From assembly GCA_030390025.1 (NCBI GenBank), contig CM059432.1, positions 52,206,001 to 52,270,000 on the forward strand: a stretch of 64,000 nt of DNA. Direction: 5' to 3'. This document shows, one piece after another, positions 36,700 through 49,555 of the stretch (within the stretch, counting starts at the first letter, position 1; each line of letters begins with the position of its first letter). The notes under the pieces were generated by a model. The model made no database searches and was not told the DNA's origin. It was given only the letters and a program-made list of their open reading frames with translations. The translations under genes and the position numbers were made by a program. This DNA is from Squalus acanthias (Eukaryota).

Positions 36700-38300
36700 A
36701 CCTAATAAGTTCCTGACCTTCTCTCCCCGAGCACCTAACCTTCTCCTCCAGCTCTTGACCTTCTCCCCCCTCTCTGAGTTCCTAACCTCCCCCTGAGCCT
36801 CCTGACCTTCTCCCAGCCCCCGAGTTCCTGACCTCCCCCCTGAGCTCTTGACCTTCTCCCCCCCTCTGAGCTCCTCCCTCTCTGAGCTCCTCCCTCTCCG
36901 TGCTCCTCTCCCCCTTCAATCCCCACTTCTCCTCTCTCGATCCCCTCTCCTCTCCCCCCTTCAATCCCCTTTCATCTCCTCCCCACCTCGATCCCCTCTC
37001 CTCCCTTCCCCCATGATCCACTCTCCCCTCCTTCCCCCATGATCCCCTCTCCTCCCTCCCCCCTCAATCCCCTCTCCTTTCCCCTATGATCCCCTCTCCT
37101 CTCCTTCCCCTCTTCTCTCCTCCCCCCTCTTCTCTCCTCCCCCCATGATCCCCTCTCCTCTCCTCTCCTTCCCCCTATGATCCCCTCTCCTCCTTCCCCC
37201 CATGATCCACTCTCCTCTCCTTCCCCCTATGATCCCCTCTTCTCTCCTTGCCCCTATGATCCCCTCTCCTCCCTCCCTCCTCAATCCCCTCTCCTCCCTC
37301 CCCCCCATGATCCCCTCTTCTCTCCTTCCCCCTACGATCCCCTCTCCTCTCCTTCCCCCTACGATCCCCTCTCCTCTCCTTCCCCCTACGATCCCCTCTC
37401 CTCTCCTTCCCCCTATGATTCCCTCTCCTCTCCTTCCCCCTATGATCCCCTCTCCTCTCCTTCCCCCCATGATCCCCTCTCCTCCCTCCCCACCATGATC
37501 CCCTCTCCTCCCTCCCCCCCATGATCCCCTCTCCTCCCTCCCCCCATGATCCCCTCTCCTCTCCTTCCCCCTACGATCCCCTCTCCTCTCCTTCCCCCTA
37601 CGATCCCCTCTCCTCTCCTTCCCCCTATGATTCCCTCTCCTCTCCTTCCCCCTATGATCCCCTCTCCTCTCCTTCCCCCTACGATCCCCTCTCCTCCCTC
37701 CCCCCCATGATCCCCTCTCCTCTCCTTCCCCCCATGATCCCCTCTCCTCTCCTTCCCCCCATGATCCCCTCTCCTCCCTCCCCCCCATGATCCCCTCTCC
37801 TCCCTCCCCCCCATGATCCCCTCTCCTCCCTCCCCCCCATGATCCCCTCTCCTCCCTCCCCCCATGATCCCCTCTCCTCCCTCCCCCCCATGATCCCCTC
37901 TCCTCTCCTTCCCCCCATGATCCCCTCTCCTCCCTCCCCACCATGATCCCCTCTCCTCCCTCCCCCCCATGATCCCCTCTCCTCCCTCCCCCCCATGATC
38001 CCCTCTCCTCCCTCCCCCCATGATCCCCTCTCCTCTCCTTCCCCCTATGATACCCTCTCCTCCCTCCCCCTCATGATCCCCTCTCCTCTCCTTCCCCCTA
38101 TGATCCCCTCTCCTCCCTTCCCCTATGATCCCCTCTCCTCCCTCCCCCCCATGATCCCCTCTCCTCCCTTCGATCCTCTCTCCTCCCTCCCCCCTATGAT
38201 CCCCTCTTCTCTCCTTCCTCCTATGATCTCCTCTCCTCCCTTCGATCCTCTCTCCTCTTCCCCCTTCAATCACTCTCTTCTTGACTCCCCATCCGATCCC
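36700..38300. repeat. Polypyrimidine/polypurine minisatellite (unit ~26-30 bp, ATGATCCCCTCTCCTCCCTCCCCCC)
   Basis: Dozens of tandem units; a degenerate CCTGACCTTCTCCCCC-type flank on the left. Confidence 0.95.
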
Positions 38301-39899
38301 CTGACCTTCTCTGCATGGAGAATCGGAAAGTGTGGCGGTTCAGGCCGCAGCCGCCATACCGTTCGGTACTGCGCATACGCAACCGGATCGAGTGCACATG
38401 TGCAGAGGGAGTTAAAAACACCGTGCAAATAATCACTCCGAAGAATGAGAGGTGATCATTAAAAAATATACGATTCTGAAGGGGTTTGACAGGATAGAGG
38501 CTGAGAGGCTGTTTCCCCTGGCTCAAGAGTCTAAAAAGAAAGAAAGACTTACATTTATATAGCGCCTTTCATGACCACCGGACGTCTCAAAGCGCTTTAC
38601 AGCCAATTAAGTACTTTTTGAAGTGTAGTCACTGTTATAATGTAGTCTAGATCTAGGGGGCACAGTCTCAGGATAAGGGGTCGGCCATTTAAGACTGAGA
38701 TGAGGAGGAATTTCTTCACTCAGGGTTGTGAATCTTTGGAATTCTCTACCCCAAAGGGCTGTGGATGCTGAGTCGTTGATTATATTCAAGGCTGAGATAG
38801 ATAGATTATTGGACTCTAGGGAATCAAGGGATATGGGGATCAGGCGGGAAAGTTTCTTATGTTCTTACTGTTCTTCGAAAGTGCCATGGGATCAGAAGGT
38901 GATCCATGCCTCAACAAGGAATCAATGCCTTCAAAACAAGAAGGAAGGGAAGAAAGTTAGGAAGAACGAACCCAATCAGATAATGCAAATTTGAGCTTAA
39001 TAGGTTTTGGTGGGCTATTTGACCTGAGAAGTCATTGCAGTCTAACTCAATCCTGTCCTCATCTGAAATCCAGACAGATGCATATTTATTGTTTATACCA
39101 CGATTCATGTTTCTGATGTTAAGATCTTACACCCAGAACATTAACCTGTTTTATCACTTCACAGGTACTGACTGAGCATTTTCTATTTTTAGTTTAGATT
39201 TCCAGCAGTAGTAGTTTTTTTCTTTTTATCTCCTACTTCTAATTACAGTCGAGTAACCTTGTACCTGCCCCCGCCCCCCCTCTCCCCCCCAAAGAATGTG
39301 ACACATGGATGTCAGATTCGGATTGGATTGGATTCAGCAATGATCCTCCCCCCAGCACTCACTGCCTAAACTCTCACACAAGGAGTGGGCACTTGGCTGA
39401 GGCACAGGAAGGCTGCCAGCCACCTGCCATGGAACAATACCCCAGCAAGAGTCAGCACGTCCAGGAGAGGAGAAAGAAAGAAAGCCTTTCATTTATACGA
39501 TACTTTATCACATCGCTCAGAAACGTCTCAAATCGCTTCACAAAGAATGAATTCCAATGTGCAATTACTGCTGTTATGTGAGTAAAGCAGAGGAGAAAAC
39601 TTACGAGGAGGGAGGGAAAAAGACCGTAATTATTTTTAAAAGGAGGACCCCCTCCCTAAATATGTTCTAAAAGAAAAAAAGTTGCAAGTCAAAAGAAGTG
39701 AAAATGTTGCAAATACACAAGTTGCTGTGTACTTCCAGCTCTTTACTCCAGGTCATGTTTCCTACATCTTCCAGTTCTTCAGTTGACCCTGTACTTTGCT
39801 GTGTGCTGTAATTTGCCTTAAAACGAAGCAGAAATCCTTGTTAATCCTATGGTAGGATGCAATCGCATGCCCTTCAATGGAGACATCTAGGTTAGTGAC

Positions 39900-40305
39900 C
39901 TTAAGCAACGCCTCGATTTCAAAATTCGCATCCTTGTTTTCAAATCCCTCCGTGACCTCGCCCCTCCCTATCTCTGCAATCTCCTCCAGCCCCACAACCC
40001 CTCGAGATATCTGTGCTCCTCCAATTCTGCCCCCTTGAGCAGCCCTAATTATAATCGCTCAACTATTGGTGGCCGTGCCTTCTGTTGCCTAGGCCCTAAG
40101 CTCTGGAATTCCCAGCCTAAACCTCTTCGCCTCGCTACCTCTCTTTCCTCCTTTAAGACATTCCTTAAAACCTACCTCTTTGACCTGCCCTAATTTCTCC
40201 TTATGTGGCTCGGTGTCAAATTTTTTGTCTTATAACACTGCTGTGAAGCGCCTTGGGATGTTTTAGTACGTTAAAGGCACTATATAAATACAATTTGTTG
40301 TTGGT
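39900..40305 (+). mobile_element. L2 LINE 3' end
   Basis: Homologous to 17540-17925; ends TATATAAATACAATTTGTTGTTG. Confidence 0.8.
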
Positions 40306-41750
40306 GTTGCAGTAGTGGGAGGTACCCTTCCACTGTTTTAGTAAATCCATCTCACTGTCCGTAAAGCCACCAGTAGGGTCTCTTCTTCCCTTCTCAAGTG
40401 CAGTGCACCAATAGATGAAGTTGTTTGAAGTGGAACAGTCAGCAATAGGCTAGTGAGTTATACTGCAGTGAGGTAGCTATACTGATACGTATATCACAGA
40501 TGTGGGCAACAATCTGTAAAAATCTTTTCTACATTTCTTGGGTATGGCATCAGCTCCAGGGTTGCTGCCTCAGTACTAGAAACTAACACACACAAAATAG
40601 TGGTAAGTTTATAAGTCTGTGCTGCTGACGGGCAAGGGTTGGGAAATTGTGGGCAACATGTATCAACGCGTACTCGAATATCGACTGTGCGCTGCTGCTG
40701 AGTGAGGCTCCCTATTGGCATGGTGGACCTGTAAAATAACCCCCTTGTATATTACCTGTCCCGTACTAGTTTACATTTCTAGCTCCACAGTTTGTGACAC
40801 AAAACTCTCCTCCCAATTTTCTCTCCTCCTCTCCCGTAGCCACTGAGATATGTTTCTATTGGCGGACCTCTGGTACTTTGCCCAAATGGTTATTGTTTGT
40901 GTCCGAGCCTAGATTGACTACCAGCAAGTTTTTCAACTATGCGATGGCATTGCAACTGACCCTGATCTTTTCCTCACACAATGTCCACACATGTGCACTA
41001 TCCAAAATGGATAACTTTAAAACATTTAGGACTACGATCCTTTTATAATTCAGGGACACGGAGGACAATTATAGCAGTTCTGTTGCTAGCACGATTGAGA
41101 TCAGCTAACTCAGCACAGACCAAAGATCAGAACTGATATCCGTATGCCTCAGTTTCACACTGAACAACACACTTGCTCCGATTGAGGGAGACCTTTTTTT
41201 TTAAAATAAAAGGAATATTAATGATTGTGGGGTTAAGATCATGTCGATATAGTTTACCAATGTGTACCTCAGTTTATGTCACAATACTTTTCTCATGTGC
41301 CACTCTTCATTTGTGAGCCTTGATATGGTATAAATACAAGACTCATGATTCTGCCTGTAATAAATATTTATAGTCCCAAACTGTAGGTGAGTTGAAAAAT
41401 AAAACAGATGGCTGTTATCGTTTGCAGTTCTAAAGCCTGAGAATTTGTGTGCACCTACACAGATTTGAAATGTATTTTGTATTCTACATTATTTGAATTT
41501 ACAATGGCACAACCAGAAGCCAGACGAGCAGCATTAAAATTATTCTGCTTGAAACAGGTAGTTGTAGGAAGAAGGTACAAATAAAGCAGTTACACAAACC
41601 AGCAGGTGAGATCCTGGAATGCTTCACATCTGAACTGAAACAGGGTTTTATTCACTCAAGACTTTTATCTCTTGTACCTATCAGCCAGATCATTTGTTCT
41701 TGAGTTTAGTGTGTAATATATACACACACACACATATATATATATATATT

Positions 41751-42516
41751 GGCCCGAAAATTAGACCTAATACGCGAGAGTACGCACTGTGTACTCTCAC
41801 GTATTAGGTCTCCAATTGCTGGTTTCCTGCATGCACTGCGCATGCGCGGGAAACCGGCACTTCGTGAATTCAAAAGGGGGCGGTTCCTAAGTGAACCGCG
41901 TGCGCGCTACAGGCTGTGCGCACGCAGTGCACTTAGTTTTTTTTCCAGCTTTGAACGCGCAGGTAAGTGGTGAAGATTTTACACACAAAGAAAGCAGGCG
42001 TAGGACCCCCTTTTAACAAGGTAAGTAGTTAATTAAGTGTTATTTAAAAAATTTTTTTAACAGCTTTATCTTTTTTAGAGACTTTAAAGAAAGGTAAGTT
42101 TATTTTTATAACTTTTAAAAAGATTTTAAATTTTTTCAAAAATTTATTTTTTTGTTTAAAGTGGTTAATTTATTTAACTATACTTATTTTATTAATGTGA
42201 TGGCTTTTTTTAAATTTAATTGAGGTTTAGCTGTTCTTTTGGGGGGGGGTGTAGTATTCATAGCTTTGACAGGTCTTCCTGTCAAAGCTGTGAATGAAAG
42301 ATGGTGTGCTGCCATTGGCTCTAACTGAATCACGTGATCCCAGAGCTCGCACGAACTAATTGCGCCTCTGGGATACGCACACACTGCACGGTTGCATGTG
42401 GGAGAGGCTTTGAAACTAAAGTTCGTGTGGGCCCGGAGCAAAAAGGTAGGCGCGGAGTGCGATATCGCGGGGAATCCTTACCCCCGCGGGAACCCTCACT
42501 GTTTAATTTCTGGGCC
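41751..42516. mobile_element. Non-autonomous DNA transposon (probable PIF/Harbinger MITE) within (TA)n
   Basis: Termini GGCCCGAAAATTA / TAATTTCTGGGCC flanked by TA microsatellite on both sides; internal layout like 30921-31680. Confidence 0.75.
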
Positions 42517-43647
42517 AATATATATATATATATATATAGACGAATATATACCTAGTGCCATCTAATATTCTCCATGTATAACATTCACTGGTTCAGGGAC
42601 ATCAACAACTTACATTGTCTATAGTGCCCCTCACATAGGGAACAATGTTTCAGATTACTTTATGGAGCAAAGGGAAGAAAAAGGGGAGACCAAACAGAGG
42701 CGAGCAGGAGAATCAGAAATTAGGGATTGTGGGGAAGGCATGGTCAAAGAGAAGAGATTTAAGAAGGGTTGTGGAAACAGAGAGAATGGTGGCAAGGTTA
42801 CGGGATTTAGGGAGGGAATTCGAGAGGAGAGGGACATGGTGGCTGAAGGACCTGCTGCTGATCGTGGAGCAGAGAGTAAGGAGTAATCTGGTCAATACTC
42901 TGGTGCTTCTGCCAAAAAATAGTTGTAACAGTGAAAGAATTCACAACAAACAAGCAGGACTGGATTCTATGAATTACATACAGAACCACTAGAGTTGATA
43001 CAAATCTAATTGTGCAGAACCAGGGAAGGGGAAAAAAATCAAACAGGATAGAATTTCTGCTGGAAGTCACATGTATTCCTGGTGCGTGGGGGCAGGATTG
43101 GGCTGTACCTGCTGACACTCCCTCCCTGATGGCTGCTTGGGTAAGGTATTGGAGAATGCCTGGCACATGTGGAATGATACTTTAACATAAGTGAACTCAT
43201 TCAGAAGAGCGAAAAATGTTGAAGATATATTTTTTAAAACTGTATTTAAGTCCCAACCAACTGTACGTTGGATGAAATCAATGAACCGTGTAAAGTAAAT
43301 TTCCCTCCTCTACCCCAGTGAGTTAATCGAATATTTAGCTGGATCATACCGAACAGGAAGGTCCCAGGCTTGTTCTCCAGTCTGTGCTGAATTAGCTGAT
43401 CTCAGTGGGGCTGTAGTAGAGTGCTACAATTGGCCTCAGTACCCCTGGGTGAGGGATGGGAAAATCACCCAAGAATTACAAACCTGAACTCTATTCAGTA
43501 ACTCCTGCTAAAAGTGTGTATGTGGCATTTGGATGATGACAGATCAAGCTCAGCTGTAATGCCTCCACAGTCGAATAGCATGACACTCTCTATCAAGCCT
43601 CACTTATGAATAAAGAGCACTTGGGTGAGGTACAACGTGTCAACCTT

Positions 43648-44825
43648 GACTTAGTGGTAGCAATCTTGCCCGAGTCAGAAGGTTGTGGGTTCAAGTCCCA
43701 CTACAAAGAGAGCGAAATTTGCCTCCTTTGCCTCGGGAACACTAACGGGGCGCAAAGGGCCTATCGCCTGGGTGGGGCGCTAATAGTGCCGGCCGAGAAA
43801 TTCGGCTAGACGCTACTGAGGCCTGGTAGCGCCCTGGCCGCTATGCCGCCAGCGATAACATCATCGCCAAGCGACGCGACCCCTTAGCACCCCACCACGG
43901 CCCCTTAGTGCCCTGCGGGTGAAATTTGCCTCGGGAAGCCGGGCCGCACACCCCTGGCGGAGCGCTAATTAAAGGGGTGGTCCGGCTGAGCCCCGTGCCA
44001 ACATTTTTTATTTTGGCCGACCTCCACGTCGGCCCCTCTTGGTGGCCCTTGGCATGATCCGTGGCCGCCATCTCGCAGTCCGGCACCGCGTCTCGGTGCC
44101 GGGCTGCGGCCACGGCACCACGCCGCCCTGGTGGGCTAGTGGAGGCCGTTAAATGGCCTGCAGAGTGCGCAGTGGCCCTCTCCTTTAACAGAAGGGAAGG
44201 GGCGCTGAAACATGTCAGCGCTACGTGGAGCAGCCGCATAGCGCTCTGGCGCTACTGCGCTTTATGCCCCATGCGCCGCCCCGAGAGAAAGTGGAGCGCC
44301 TGAGACAACACTCCGCTTCCTCGCCGGGGCGATAAGCCTAATTTAGCGGTGGGGTGGTACTCCCGCCCCGGGCGCTAAATGTGAGCCGCTAATTTGGTTA
44401 CCGCCCCCAAACGGGGCGTAACCGAATTTCGCCCCCAGAGACTTCAGCACATAATCTAGGCTGACACTTCAGTACAGTATTGAGGGAGTGCTGCATTGTC
44501 GGATGTGCAGTCTTTTGAATGAGGCGCTAAACAGAGGCACTGACTGTCCTCTCAGATGGACATAAAAGATCTCATTGCATTATTTCGAAGATATTCTCCC
44601 CCGTGTCCTGGGCAATATTTATCCCTCAGCCAACATTACTAAAAAACAGATGATCTGGTCATCATCTCAATGCTGTTTGTGGAACCTTGCTGTGTGCAAC
44701 TTGGCTGTCGCGTTTCCTACATTACAACAGTGACTACACTTGAAAGTACTTCATTTGCTGTAAAGCATTTTAGGATGCCCTGAGGCCGTGAAAGGAGCTG
44801 CATAAATGTAAGTTCTTCTTTCTTT
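43648..44825 (+). mobile_element. Deu-domain SINE split just after its B box by a GC-rich MITE (~43708-44436)
   Basis: Head GACTTAGTGG..GGTTCAAGTCC; MITE termini GAGAGCGAAATT / AATTTCGCCCCC; SINE resumes AGAGACTTCAGCAC..; tail TAAATGTAAGTTCTTC. Confidence 0.75.
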
Positions 44826-47573
44826 ATTGGAGACCACCCAAAGTCCATGGAAGTGTACCCCAGTGAGCAATCAAGATTTTCCGACAAGTATGGGGACAGC
44901 AGAAAATTGGGAAAAATAATAAAATTCCTTTGTTCGATCCTACATATAACATAAACAGCAGCACATTTCAAACATCTTAATATGTACATGTGTCGCACAT
45001 AGCATAAAATTTTGCCTAACATATATTCTGAACCTCCTGTGAATTGGCAGATGAACTGCCTTTTTTTATACATTCTTGTGAGGAGAGCGTATGTTTAGTT
45101 GCAACTCATCCACAGTATGTAACTCAGTATTATTAGGAAGCCATTGAAAACTAAACCTAACAAAGTGCTGCTGTTCTATCTGGCTGTGGTGAAGCTCAGT
45201 ATAATGTTGAGTGGCTGAAATTACTAAATCCACAATGCCGATGAACCAGCAACACAGATAGAGGAACCAATGGATATAGCGGTGAGATTTGATAACTGAT
45301 TAACCTATGTCATATGTCAAGTATTAATTTCCAGCATCCAAAGTCCTCTTCCCCTTTTGCTTTAATCTACTCTTCGCTACCTCCAGGAGATGATTTCTTA
45401 ATTATCAATACATCTTAAATATTTATGGTATATTGTAATTTTTTCAAATTCTTAGCCATATTCCTTTCTCCCCATCTCTTCCAAAGTGCTGACTTTTGCT
45501 GGGTAAATACTCCACGAGTGCGAGTTGCATTTCAGTACTTTGTCCAAGTGACCAGTCTTCACATAACACCAGATGGTGAGTGTCGGCAGGTTATTCAACT
45601 GTGGAGGGCTTCGCAGGAACCCTGACTGATTTTTCTCTCCTGGAGCACTGTTGTAGTGCCCCATAAACTATCCCATCTGAGATCAACTCAGTCAAGACAG
45701 ACCTGAGATTTTGTACTACAACAGGCAGTACATTTATCCACTAAACCATCAGTGGAATGAAATTTAGGGATTAACAAAACAATAACAGATTACAATAGTT
45801 AGTGAATTCAGCAGTCTAAATTATGTAGTGCTCATCAATCACACAAGGCTTTCAGTGATCTAACAAACATCATCAACCTGCACTTCAAGGTCACATGGGT
45901 AAATACCAGTGATCAAGATATGGGCAAGCAGCCAGAGACACACTCTTCAACAAATGTATCCATCCTCCTAGACTTGTGGACGACGGATATGGCTAATTTC
46001 AGATATGGCCACCAGGTTCTCTGACCCGGTCTCCTGCAGAAATTTACCAGAGAGATAGAACTGGTGGAGATGACATCGGATGATGAGATTAGTAATGAGT
46101 TAACTGCACTTAAAATAAAACGAAGAGATATATTAAATAAACCGAATGGCCTGTTTCTGTGCTGTATATCCTATGTAATCCTATGTAAAATTCAGCAGCA
46201 TCTTTAATCTTCAAGGTTTTAATAAATCCTTTAAATCTATAATTACTCCTTGGAGAACAGTTTCCCAAATTATCATTGCAAATCTCAACTTCCTGTTCTT
46301 TGTTGACAGTTGTATTTTTCACATTGGCCTCTTGAACAGTTCCAGATTACATTTGTTAAACTAAGCAGACATCTCATTTCCGAACAGGGTAAACTGTCCC
46401 CACAAAATTGCTTTCCAACCCTAATCGCAAACTTGAATTTTCAGTTGATGAAATCCAACCTGCATATTCAACTTGCCAGCATGATGGAAACTGCCCCAGC
46501 CATTGGATTTTCCCTCCTCTTCCCCTCCCCCCCATACAAATTAAGCTTTCTTTAAAAAATACAGAACTAGAGTAACTGCTGGAGTGGCCTCTCCAGACAC
46601 TCCACTGCCTCTGTGCTGTCAGACTCTTCAGGATGTTTTTCTACATTAATGGTGGTGTGTAAGTGCAAGTTGTTATTGTAATAGCCAAATGATCTTGATC
46701 TGATCTGAATGCGATCCAAGAACTTCTGTTTACTTCAGTTGAGTCAATGATTCAATTGAAGTGCACATTGACCCTACTGATGTATTGGCAACACTTTCTA
46801 CTAATAAAGTAATTTGATTCAGTTTTTCAAGAATACAGTCTGCATTGTACTCAAGCACTGTATGTATGCATTACAAGGTGTGGAACACAGTCGCATTAGA
46901 AGACTTGAAAACCGGGACACAATATAGGACATCTGGGCACAATTTCTTTGAACTGTAAAACTTAATCATACATCTACTTGTTACGAGGTTAACCAAATTT
47001 TTGTTGATAATATGCAAAGTTAAAACGGGCAACAAAGCAGCTCTTCATTGTATACCCAGTGTGATATCACCAGCAATAGTAATACAAAGAGGCAGTAACC
47101 CATTTGGACAATGATCAGGGCCATTGTTTTATAGCGACGGGTTAAGTCAAATTCCACTTTTAATACGTGGGATTGTGGGAATTTTACCAGTGGTTTGGTG
47201 ATTGTATTCAGCAATTCAATACGTTTTTCGGTGAATCTGAGTCCTGCAGTTGTGAACTTTTTCTAACACTTCTTGCATGCAACCAGGGACGGTCTTTTTT
47301 TTAACTTTGTGATGGGGCATTCACAAGGCAGCAGTCTAAGAGTAGTATGAAATGGACCATGTATATTCTCCTGTTCCAGGCTGAGTAATAGTAATATATA
47401 GTAATTGGCCAACAGTGGCTGTGCCTGTGCGCATTTATTTTCCTTGCCAATTTGCTCCCCCACTTCACACTCCAATATGGTTCCATGGGCACTGATCACC
47501 GTTGAGTACCACACCCAAGTGACCATTATACATGTGTGAGCCTTGGCACAGAGCAGGCTATTCAATTTGGGAT

Positions 47574-47728
47574 AAAAACAGAAAATGCTGGAGATACTCA
47601 GCAGGTCAGGCAGCATCTGTGAAGAGATAAACAGAGTTAACGTTTCAGGTCGATCGATGACCTTTCGTCAGAACTCCCTGTTTCTGTTTTTATTTCAGAT
47701 TTCCAGCATCTGCAGTATTTTCTTTTTG
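47574..47728. mobile_element. 155-bp Penelope-derived mini-element with an intact hammerhead motif on - (47635-47675)
   Basis: Inverted terminal pieces; 15-bp TSD TATTCAATTTGGGAT (47559-47573 and 47729-47743). Confidence 0.82.
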
Positions 47729-47797
47729 TATTCAATTTGGGATCCTGGCTGATTATCCTCTCTCTAACCAAGAGGTAGAGGCAAATTGTAAAAGCCT

Positions 47798-48302
47798 TAA
47801 AATAAAAACTGAAAATGCTGGAAATACTCAGCAGTTCAGGCAGCATCTGGAGAGAGAAATAAAGTTAACGTTTCAGGTCGATGACCTTTCATTAGAACTG
47901 GAAAAATTTAGAGATGTAACAGGTTTTAAGCAAATGCAGAGGTAGGGGAAGGGGGGAGGGGAGGAGGATTGATGATAGGGTGGAAGGCAGGAGATATTAA
48001 AGGGGCAATATAAACCTAAATTCTTTCTTTCAGCCGTTCCCTGTCATCCACTGCCAGTTCTAGAATATTCCACCAGAAGTGACAGCGGACATGTTTGGAT
48101 GGGGGTATTCAGATGACAAAAGATGGTGCAAGGCAAATGGGTATGGTAATGACCAATTAAAGAAACAAAAGCGGAGTCTAAAGGAGGTGTAAATGGGAAT
48201 AGCAGAATCATTACCAACAACTGCTGTCCAAAGAAACGGGGGCAGTGGTTATGACCTGAAATTGCTGAACTCAATGTTGAGTCTGGAAGGCTGTAAAGTG
48301 CC
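47798..48302 (-). mobile_element. Penelope-like 3' fragment
   Basis: Inverse of 27070-27505 (TLQPSRLNIEFSNFRS*); hammerhead core mutated to CTAATGA. Confidence 0.75.
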
Positions 48303-48449
48303 TCGGGCTGGATTATCCATCATACCAGCACTCTTTCAGACAGTAGCAGAGTGGTTGGTAGCAGGAAATGTGGCAGACTGCATTTCCATCGTGTTAGCCT
48401 TGGTTCAGTGGTAACATTACAACAATGATTTCACTTCAAAAGTACTTCA

Positions 48450-49430
48450 CAGAATCATAGAATGATAGAATAGTACAGCACAGAAGGAAGCCATGAGTCT
48501 GTGCTGGCTCTTTTGAAGATCAATCCAGTTTGTCTCATTCCCCTGCTCTTTCCCCATATCCCTGCAATTTTTCTCCTTCAAGTATTTATCCAATTCTCTT
48601 TTGAAGGCTACAATTGAATTTGTTTCCACCACCCTATCAGGCAGTACATCCCAAATCCTAACCACTCGCTGCGTAAAAAGGTTTTTCCTCATGTTGTCTC
48701 TGGCTCTTTTGCCAATCACCTTAAATCTGTGCCCTCTCGTTATCAACCCTTCAGCCATTGGAAACAGTTTCTCTTTATTTACTCTATCTAAACCCTTCAT
48801 GAATTTAAACACCTCTATCTCATCTTCTTTTAGCCTTCTCTGCTCCAAGGACAACAGCCCCAGCTTCTCTAGACTATCCACGTAACTGTAATCCTTCATC
48901 CCTGGAACCATTCTAGTAAATCTCTTCTGTACCCTCTCCAGAGCCTTCATGTCCTTCCTAAAGTGTGGTGCCCAGAATTGGACACAATACTCCAGCTGGG
49001 GCAGAACTAGTGTTTTATATAGGTTTAGCATAACTTCATGGCTGTTGTACTCTATGCCTCTGTTTATAAAGCCCAGGATCCCATATGCTTTATTAACTGC
49101 TTTGTTAACTTGTCCTGCCACAAGCACCCCCAGGTCTCTCTGTTCTTGCACCCCCTTTAAAATTGTACCATTTAGTGTGTATGGTCTCTCCTCATTCTTC
49201 CTATCAAAATGTGTTACCTCACACTTGCAGGGCTACGGGGATCGAGCGGGGGAATGGGACTGACTGGATTGCTCTACAGAGAGCCGGCACGGACCTGATG
49301 GGCCGAATGGCCTCCTTCTGTGCCGTTATGACTCTATGACTTCTCTGCATCGAATTTCATCTGCCGTGTGTCCGCCCATTCCACCAGCCTGTCTATATCT
49401 TCGTGAAGTCTATTACTATCTTCCTCACTT
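48450..49430 (-). mobile_element. CR1 3' fragment with a small plus-strand CR1 tail nested at ~49227-49339
   Basis: LYKTLVLPQLEYCVQFWAPHFRKD..FTQRVVRIWDVLP; tail CATAGAATGATAGAA. Confidence 0.88.
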
Positions 49431-49555
49431 CCACGTTTCATACTTAATTGGCTGTGAAATGCTTTGAGACGTCCAGTGGCCATGAAAGGTGCAAAATAAA
49501 TGTAAGTTCATTCTTTCAGCAGTTCCCTGGCATCCAGTGCCAGTTCCAGAATATC

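Noticed and set aside
19788..38300. CRISPR-like arrays
   Set aside because: Eukaryotic context; the tandem units lack unique spacers and there are no cas genes.
36735..38432. Gly/Arg/Glu- and Pro/Ser-rich ORFs
   Set aside because: Translations of the polypyrimidine minisatellite in multiple frames.
43708..44436. CpG-island promoter or GC-rich gene
   Set aside because: Bounded by inverted termini and inserted into a SINE, so it is a MITE.
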